Part shown: piece after piece, positions 55,131 through 64,000 of the stretch
How the letters are laid out: every line of letters begins with the position of its first letter
Numbering within the stretch: position 1 is the first letter of the stretch
From: Octopus bimaculoides
Lineage: Eukaryota
Reading direction: 5' to 3'
Assembly (NCBI RefSeq): GCF_001194135.2
Contig: NC_068981.1
Span: 149,474,084-149,538,083 of the forward strand
Length of the DNA: 64,000 nt
The notes under the pieces: model-generated
Databases searched by the model: none
Told to the model about the DNA's origin: nothing
Seen by the model: only the letters and a program-made list of their open reading frames with translations
Translations under genes and position numbers: made by a program

Positions 55131-56137
55131 GATCGGGCAATAAGCGTAAGCCAGTGACAACAGTGGGTTCAGAAATTCCAAGCCGGAAACTACAGCCTAG
55201 AAGACGTACCTCATCCTGGAAGAACTATAGAGATCGAGGAGGACGTCCTGCAAACTCTGGTGGAACAAAATTCTATAGTAACTGTTGAGGAACTAGCAGA
55301 GAAGCTTTTGGATTTGTTCATTCAACTATTCATCGACACCTGCGTGTCATCGAAAAAGTCAACAAATTAGATCAATGGGTTACTCACAAATTTTCCCAGT
55401 ATAATCACGAGCAGGGAGTGAACGAATGCTCTACTTTGCTGTCACGTCTCAGGAATGGACCTCTTTTGGACCAAATAGTGACTGGTGACGATTAATGGGT
55501 TCTCTATAAAAATGCCAAGCGCTGAAGACAATGGGTAGGGAAAAGAGAAACACCGGCACCCCATTCTAAAAAAGGCCTTCACCCATGTAAAGTGTTGTTA
55601 TCTGTTTGGTGGGATATGAAAGGTTTAGTCTGCTTTGAACTTTTAAACCCAAACCAAACGATAACAAAGGAGATTTATCGCGAGCAGTTTGAGCAGCTTA
55701 AGTCGGCGCTAGAAGAAAAACGACCATCTTTGGTTTCAAGATGAAAGGTATTCTTCCATCAGGACAACGCACGGCCACATACAGCGAGGATGACATTCCA
55801 AAGGCTGAAGCAATTTGAATGGGAGACGATGCCCCACCCACCATATTCGCCGGAAATTGCCTCATCTGCTTATCATTCATTCCGCAGTCTTCAAAATCAT
55901 TTGAACGGAAAAAATATGAATCCTATAGACGAGGCCAGAACAGTACTGGAGGAGTATTCTTTGTCACGGGCATGTGAATTTTGGAAGAGGGGCCTTGCAG
56001 ATCTACCAGATAGATGGAAGAGCATTGTAGAAAACGAAAGCGAGCATATTTTAAATTAAAAAGAACTTTGTTTATTTTAATTTTGAAAAAATGAAAGAAG
56101 TATAAAAAAAAACCGCATCATTTATGGGAGGATCCAA
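55131..56137 (+). mobile_element. 5'-truncated DD34D mariner pseudogene
   Basis: KFQAGNYSLED..PGR, IVTGDD*WVLY, LHPCKVLLSVWWD, HQDNARPH, HPPYSPEIASSAY (34-aa spacing, third D changed to A), LPDRWKSIVENESE; 3' TIR ..gggaggatccaa|TA. Confidence 0.92.
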
Positions 56138-56196
56138 TATTTATTCACCTGTCTCGGAATCTGCCCCTTATAAATATTATGGACCGTATGTTAGTA

Positions 56197-57506
56197 CAGA
56201 ATGCGGATGGTATTTGAGGACACATGCATTTTAGTCATTATTTTGACTAATTTTTATAGAACTTCTTTTTCAGAAAATTACAATGACAAGCCATATGCTT
56301 ACTAATGAAATGAAAAGACATGTGATTGTGGCTTTGATGGCTAAGCATGGTGATTTAGAAATTTCTCTTTTTCTGAATGCTGCAAGATCTTTCATTTACA
56401 AGATTCGCTGTGAGTGAAAGAAAGAAGTTGGAAGCGTATTACCTGCATCAAAATGTAAAAAAAATGTTCCATACGCTTGATTCTATCAGGACACCTGAAT
56501 TTATTTAGGGAGCTAGGTAAAGCATTGAAGACAATCCAGGAAAATCAATGAAGTCAACTGCAAAACAATTTCGTGTGTCAGAAAAAAGCAATCAGAAATA
56601 TTGTGCATGAAGACATCAGATACAAATCTTGCGTGATGAGGAAAGGTCACTTCATGTCAGAAAAAACAAAAGAAAAAGACATTTGAACAAACTTAAAAAT
56701 TCATCAGAAGATGGTGTGATTTGGTTTTTCTCAGATAAGAAAAAATTTGACCAGGGCCAGAAGACTAACGGAAGAAACGACAGCTGGCTATGTGCAGACC
56801 CTTCTGAGGTTCCAAGAGTAATGTACACAAAATTTCCTGCAGGTGTCATGTTTTGAGTGTTGTTAGCAGTGAAGAACATGTGATACCCCCTCACTTTTCT
56901 CCACGAGGCCCTAGAGTGAATGCTGCTGCGTATATTGAGGTCCTGGATAAAGTTAAGCCTTGGATCAACATTGTATGCAATGGGAGGTCTCATGTCTTTC
57001 AACGAGATTCTGCACCATCACACAAGGCTCAAATGACCCAAGAATAGATGGTCGATAATTTGTATGATCCCATCACCCCTAATATTTGGCCTTCTAATTC
57101 TTCAGATCTCAATCCACTGGACTGCTATGTATGGAGTATCGTTGAGAAAAATATCAATGAACTTCCCCATAGTACCAAAGGTTCTTTGAAAGCCGCCATA
57201 GTTCGAGTCAGTTTGATATGAACAAGGCCCATATAATCCGAGTTTGTAAACGATTTGGACCCCGCGTGGAGATAGTTACTGATGCTTATGATGGTTTTAT
57301 TGAATGAAATTATCAAATTGATTATTTAAAAATTGATTATATAAAAATATATAAAAATTGATTATATAAAAATAAAATAAACATAATGCTAAATTGATTA
57401 TTTAGCTTTATGTTTATTTTATTTTTATGAAAATACATTTTTCTAATTAATTATATAAGCGTTTATTTAAACCACAAATCTGTTCTCAAATACCGTCCGC
57501 AACCTG
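56197..57506 (+). mobile_element. Full-length defective maT (DD37D) Tc1/mariner element
   Basis: TA TSDs; TIRs CAGAATGCGGATGGTATTTGAGGACA / TGTTCTCAAATACCGTCCGCAACCTG; FFSDKK, FQRDSAPSH...SSDLNPLD with 37 residues between the D2 and D3 positions; stops and frameshifts. Confidence 0.92.
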
Positions 57507-57726
57507 TATAATGTACATGTCTGAATAACTCAAGAGCAGATTTCTTCACTCAGCTGGGATGAATTATCTACATGTACTGTAGGAATCGACTGGTATTTAT
57601 GTACTAAGTTTGATATTTACATAAAATTGTTGTTGCGTTTTATTTCAACCATGACTATCCCATCTTATATTCATCTATGACCAGGTTGTCTAGTATTTTT
57701 TTTTACTTTAGTGTTGTAGTAGACTG

Positions 57727-58961
57727 TGTTTGCTGATGAAGACAGTCACCAGCTTCCTCAAACTCCATGATATATATTTCAAACAGTTTGATTCGGTTCC
57801 GTGCTTGCTACTTCAAGTTTCGCAGGTACCTAACGGGAGCCCGACTCCTTCAGGCTATTCATATGATATCTTCGAAGCTCCAATGGCTAAAAAAAAGTGA
57901 AGGGTTATCTATCCGTTAGATATCCAAAACTAGTATTTGATGTGATATTGTCTCTCGATCCTGTATCAAAACATTGCGTTTGAAATTAATGTTGGACTTG
58001 CAGTGTATCAGCAAGTATCAAAAGTTGATAAAGTTTCTGGAGATTTGGGGCCTCATTATTCCAATGCAATAAAATAATCCAATCTGATATTTACATGTTT
58101 CAATCATTCCACCGTTCTATTTCCGGTAATATTAATAAACATATTAAATTGTTTAGACAATTTAAAATCAACGCCAGACGACTGGCTTATCAGAATGAGA
58201 CACCAGATATTTGTAGTTTTCTGAAGAGGAATAAAGTATTTAAAAAATAACAATTAAAAAACGACAACAACAAAGAATGTTTTGCAAATTCTGTAGAATA
58301 ACCAGCAAACAAAACTGATAAAAATAAAATATTGTATTGATTAAAATGATTTGATTGATTATAATTACTTTAAACGTAATTAATGCTATATTTTATAGAG
58401 CCAAGATAAAACTCGAAACGATTTTTTCCAATTCATTTTCGATCTAGGATATTATATAATTGTTGCATGTGGAACATTGGCTGCCAACTTAGCAAATATA
58501 GTTTAATTATTGACATAAACACTCTAACAAAGAGCTGAAATGTGTATATCATATTTCTGTACACGTTTGCAGAAATTACTTGTGAAATGCTATTTACAAT
58601 ATAACAACTTCTAACATTACAATATTTGTCCTGTAACGGATAGCAAGTCAATTAGAAATTGGATGTTGTTATTGTGTACACCAATGATCAAGACGTTCTA
58701 GATATGACCATGCCATATTTTGTGGGGTCAGTGTAGTGTTTGTTTCGAGGTAGATTTGGCTACAAGTTCTAGCAACCTGAATAAACGGATGGAGTTTGTC
58801 TTGCTGTATAGTCACTTCTCAAGATGGGATCAAGTATCACATCACTAAGGCAGCGCGTCGATCGGATCGTTAGAGATTTTGGGAGAGTGCCTTACGGCAT
58901 TGGTTCCGGCTCCCTGCTTTCTGAGTTCAAATCCAACCAAGATCAACCTTGCTTTTCATAT

Positions 58962-58992
<31 letters not shown>

Positions 58993-59996
58993 GCCTTCCA
59001 CTACCCTCTTTTAGAATTGGCTGCAACTGACGAGGTAGTGGATAGTGGTCATGCAAAAATGCTAAATGATACTAATGAAAAAAAAAACTTAAATTCTCTG
59101 AAGAATATTCCATGCCCAGCCCATTTTCCCTGTCAACGAAGTCCCCTGGGTTCATTAGTTGATTTGTGGCTGCTCTCCACATGTCCTGCTACATAACTGA
59201 TATTTTATTCTCATAGCATTATACAACTCCATTTCACAACCGGGAAGCGATTTATCGTCATGCCTTCCACACGCAGCATTAACGAACAGTTCTTATTAAC
59301 AAAAGAAATATTTTGAACAGTTTGAAGAAATTGAATATACTCCTCCATCTTCATTTTCTGACTTCAGACCTAGAATACACACGTTCACCTCCTCACTGTT
59401 GGCTGTATTGAATATTATGAATTTCATTTCTATGAATGTGTCAATCATCCACCACATTGAACATCAGTACACTGTTTATTGATCTTAACATATTATATAC
59501 ACTCTTACAATTCTATCCCTTATCTGACTCATTACTACTTGCACACACAAGCAAACACTAACCTATCTCAAATCCTTCGGCCTCGAACTAGAAGGTCATA
59601 CAAGTATATCTTAACTCAGTGATTTATGATATTTTTGATATACTATCTACTCAAACAATTCGCACATTCATACCTGTCTTTCACTCTCTCCTCCTTTCTT
59701 AACTTGCATACTCTCAATATTAGCGAACCACTAGGAAAAAAAAAAAATAGAAAAATACTATATTTTATTTCTCTCAGATAAGTGCTCAATCACAAAATAT
59801 CAAATTCCTCTTTACTTCACGAAAACAAACTTCTTCAAACACATTAACTTTACTATAAAATAAAATGTTTGCTGATGTACACAGTCACCAGCTTCCTCAA
59901 ACTCCATGACATATATTTCAAACAGTTTGATTCGGTTCCGTGCTATGCTACTTCAAGTTTTGCAGGTACCTAACGGGAGCCCAACTCCTTCAGGCT
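57727..59996 (+). repeat. Near-identical 130-bp direct repeat pair (57727-57856, 59866-59996)
   Basis: Direct comparison shows only a few substitutions and one 1-bp indel. Confidence 0.9.
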
Positions 59997-60000
59997 TCTG

Positions 60001-60035
<35 letters not shown>

Positions 60036-61858
60036 NNNNNNNNNNNNNNNNNNNNNNNNNNNNNNNNNNNNNNNNNNNNNNNNNNNNNNNNNNNNNNNNN
60101 NNNNNNNNNNNNNNNNNNNNNNNNNNNNNNNNNNNNNNNNNNNNNNNNNNNNNNNNNNNNNNNNNNNNNNNNNNNNNNNNNNNNNNNNNNNNNNNNNNNN
60201 NNNNNNNNNNNNNNNNNNNNNNNNNNNNNNNNNNNNNNNNNNNNNNNNNNNNNNNNNNNNNNNNNNNNNNNNNNNNNNNNNNNNNNNNNNNNNNNNNNNN
60301 NNNNNNNNNNNNNNNNNNNNNNNNNNNNNNNNNNNNNNNNNNNNNNNNNNNNNNNNNNNNNNNNNNNNNNNNNNNNNNNNNNNNNNNNNNNNNNNNNNNN
60401 NNNNNNNNNNNNNNNNNNNNNNNNNNNNNNNNNNNNNNNNNNNNNNNNNNNNNNNNNNNNNNNNNNNNNNNNNNNNNNNNNNNNNNNNNNNNNNNNNNNN
60501 NNNNNNNNNNNNNNNNNNNNNNNNNNNNCACACACACACGCACGCACACACGCACGCACACGCGCACACACAGAGAGGCACACACACACACACATATATA
60601 TATACATGCACGCAAAATCTGATAGAAGATCGGTAAGTTAAAAGATGCATAAAAGGTGATAGTTTTTTTGAAGAATTTATTATATACTATAGTAGTATTT
60701 GCGAAGCTGTTGTCATGTTACATTAATCCTAAAGTTTGTCACAAGGGTAAATTGATTTATAGAATTCTCACTCAGAGAGAAGTTGAATGAGTAATTTCGG
60801 CTTAGAATGTCTGGGGAGTAAATTAAGAATAATAAATATCACCTTCATAGCCCAAACGCCTTCAGAACGCAATTCAACTCTCTATAAGATATTCTCAATA
60901 GTGAATCTATTATCAAAGAAAATATATATCTGAAACAGTTCGGTAATGAAATCCTTACAGTACTGCCAGTAAATTGAACTTTACGATAATAGAGTCGCTC
61001 ACATTTCTCAAGAACAACAAACGTCGTGTTAACATTGCGTCTGGAAAATAAGGGTGAATGAAAAAGAAAAGACGAAGGCTACGGTGACTGTGACTGAATT
61101 ATTTATTTAGCTAGTAAGGTTCCGCTAACATCTCACTTGCGTATAGCCGTGAAACAAATAATTTCTTCAAAAACTTCTGTATCGATATGTTGATATTAAA
61201 CAATCTCTGGCTTTTTTTTTTCAATGGTCAACTTAAATTCTCAATGTTTTGTAAATACTACTTTGATAATTGAATTGTATTGGAAGAAACAAAAACCAAA
61301 ATATAATACTAATTAAAGATAAACAAGTTTTCACTTGACAGATACTGTTAATTCGTTATGCCTTATCGATATATTGATGCAGACACAAATAGCCAAAACG
61401 TTCCATATAACATTCACTGTAAAGAGTTAACGTTTAACGTGTTATTAAAATTTATCAAGTACTATTTTACTCTTAATGGATTATGTATCAAAAATCGACA
61501 ACATAGTTTGTCGGATCCGAAATGTCAGATCAGAAATAATAACGATGGCGTTTTATTGGACATCATTGATGGAATTTAAATTCTAAATTTCCATTAAGTT
61601 TAGAAAATTAATCAAGAAGAATGTATTTTAGTAAATGAAATTTCTTCAAGAAATCAGATATTTTATATTAAAAAGTACACCGGAAAGGTTTATGCCGTAT
61701 ATATCAACCAAACTTTTAAATATTGATAATTAAAGTAAATTTTGGTTTCTCATGAATAAATCATGAATTTGAAACTTTATTTAAATACATTCAACATTGT
61801 GCCTTATATATTTCCCCAAAACATCTATAAAGCATTTATAACATACGCACGCACGCAA

Positions 61859-61924
<66 letters not shown>

Positions 61925-61941
61925 TTTTACAACTCGTTTAA

Positions 61942-62557
61942 CCCCAGGCAGATTCTCCGCCAGATGGTTTTCGATGCAACGCTCTGCATCCTTTATATGC
62001 TATATATCACTAGCAGGAGAACCGAACCCCTACTAACCTCCATTAGCTAACAGGATCTCGGGACTGGTCCAGTTTCGAGCTAGTTGGCTCTTCGTCAGCC
62101 GCGCGCACCTGTGCAATGGAGTGATAGCTAAGATCCGCCTTTGCCAGCAATATATTGTAAACAAAGTGACCATCAGTCACTGATTTGCAACAAGCAAAGT
62201 TGCTAATTATAAAATCTCAAGAAGAGAGCAGTGTAGTAACTATACTAAACAGCAAGCAAGATGCCACTTTATCGCTTCTTGAAATGTTATAACCAGCTAC
62301 AGTGCTTGTTGCAAACTAGTGATCGATGGTCACTTTGTTTACAATATATTACCAGCAGAAGCGGATCTTAGCTATCACTTCATTGCACAGGTGCGCGCGG
62401 CTGACAAAGAGCCAACTAACTCGAAACTGGACCAGTCCAGTGATCCTGCTAGCTGATGGAGGTTAGTAGCTGTTCGCTTCCCCTGCTAGCGACTTATTGC
62501 ATATAAAGGATGCAGAACGTTGCATCGAAGACCAGCTGGCGGAGAATCTGCCTGGGG
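61942..62557. mobile_element. piggyBac-type MITE, 616 bp, 255-bp TIRs
   Basis: TTAA|CCCCAGGCAG...CTGCCTGGGG|TTAA; arms at 61942-62196 and 62303-62557; no coding capacity. Confidence 0.88.
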
Positions 62558-62814
62558 TTAAACTAGTAGTAACATTCAACTGCCACTTTGATGTGGCAAC
62601 TCGCTTACTGTTTAGTATACGTTACTATATTTCTTCTTGAGATTTTATAATTATATTAAATTTGAAATGTTTTGAATATGCAAATAATGCTTCGATTCTA
62701 TTATGCCGGCCACTTTCTAACGGCTCTGATTAGCGAACCAGTTTTCGGGGTTGTACCGATATAATGTAAAATAAATATAGAAATAATAGTTTCAATTTTT
62801 TCCCCAAGGGCAGC

Positions 62815-63004
62815 AATTTTTTGGGAGGCTATGAGTCGATTACGTTGACACCAGTGTTCAACTGGTATTTATTTTATCACCCCCCCCCTAATGGATGAAA
62901 GGCAAAGTCAACTTCGGTGGAATATGAACTCAGAACGTAGCGACGAGCGAAATGCTTCTAAGCATTTCGTCCATCACGCTAACAATTCTGCCAGCTCGCC
63001 GCCT
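62815..63004 (-). mobile_element. tRNA-derived SINE
   Basis: Ends ...ttctgccagctcgccgcctt like 40963-41194. Confidence 0.8.
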
Positions 63005-63050
63005 TAATAAAAGTAATAATAATAACAGTAATACTTGGATAGAATTTACA

Positions 63051-63239
63051 AATATTTAATACATCGCTACGCGCGTTTCCACGTATCACATGTCTCTTAA
63101 CATCACAGTCCGTATTCCTGAGATGATTACTGTGCAGTTCATAGTATCCGGACTGCACTGTAATCAACCCAGGAATACGGTCTGTGATCTTAAGAGACAT
63201 GTGATATGAGGAAACGCGCGTAGTGACGCATTAAATGTT
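63051..63239. mobile_element. Fold-back element / short MITE, ~90-bp arms with a 9-nt loop
   Basis: 63051-63140 is the reverse complement of 63150-63239 with scattered mismatches. Confidence 0.75.
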
Positions 63240-63297
63240 CATGGATTCCATCCGAGAATTATTGTTATTATATATATGTGTATGTGTGTGTGTTTGT

Positions 63298-63359
<62 letters not shown>

Positions 63360-63743
63360 ATGCATGTATAGGGTACAACGTCACTTCCGTGTGGTAGTCA
63401 GGATTGAGTTCCATCTCGTGACGATTCTTTGGCAGCGGAAGTTAAAAATGTGACTATGATTATCCATGAATATCTCTGCAACACGTTGGTTCTCGTTATA
63501 TGTGGAACTATTTCGATGGTATTTTTCTTTAGGTAGTATTCAATATTTATAGTTTGTAAGTGTATATATGATTTAACTACATATATATTTATGTATCCTA
63601 TAATTTGGGTAACTTGATTTGCTCCCAAGTAACTAGCTTCTTTGTCACTTACCTATAATGGTTTATCTATCTCTATGCAGCTAGGACGTGTTATTAGTTA
63701 TTTATTTTAATTATAGATATTTGTATATATATTTATGTACTCA

Positions 63744-63780
<37 letters not shown>

Positions 63781-64000
63781 CTTCTCACGGACGTGCTGTC
63801 ACATCGGCTGCGAAAGTAAACGTTTATTTGACCATTTACTGTCCACATTTTGTTGGGATTTTTAAATAATTTTGTTGCGAAGCACCTAGGCTTCATTTGT
63901 GTGTATTTTCAAGGGCAGGAATTGACCCCCAGGGGCAGTTTCGGCCCTAGCAAAATACAAAAATTTCCTTCTTGACATTTGAAAAATGTCGAGAAACATA

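Noticed and set aside
63393-63443. Pair of ETS-like GGAAGT motifs as a promoter
   Set aside because: Two short motifs are insufficient without TSS data.

Overview
Eukaryotic (animal) DNA, AT-rich and dense in microsatellites (TA, CA, TATG, AAT, TTCC), with 10 N-gaps (~4 kb), most next to microsatellites, as expected of a short-read assembly. The SINE families and repeat style look like an octopus/cephalopod genome (inference, not verified). I found no intact or confidently identifiable host protein-coding gene; nearly all long ORFs in the track are microsatellite or N artefacts. The window is mostly decayed transposons: at least six Tc1/mariner remnants (DD34D mariner and DD37D maT), a piggyBac-type MITE, a 5'-truncated R4/Dong-like RLE retrotransposon inside a (TATG)n array, Tx1/L1 and CR1 LINE fragments, a Penelope-like terminal region with a minimal hammerhead-like motif, a Helitron 3' end, and many tRNA-derived SINEs (two with clear TSDs). 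The most unusual structures are a ~280-290 bp tandem unit with tRNA-like cassettes and a large fold-back (54.0-54.9 kb), a MITE whose spacer is an inverted copy of its own flank (61.9-62.7 kb), a mariner with two 5' ends, and a candidate 9-nt microexon. I could not establish a new biological system; these are leads, not discoveries.
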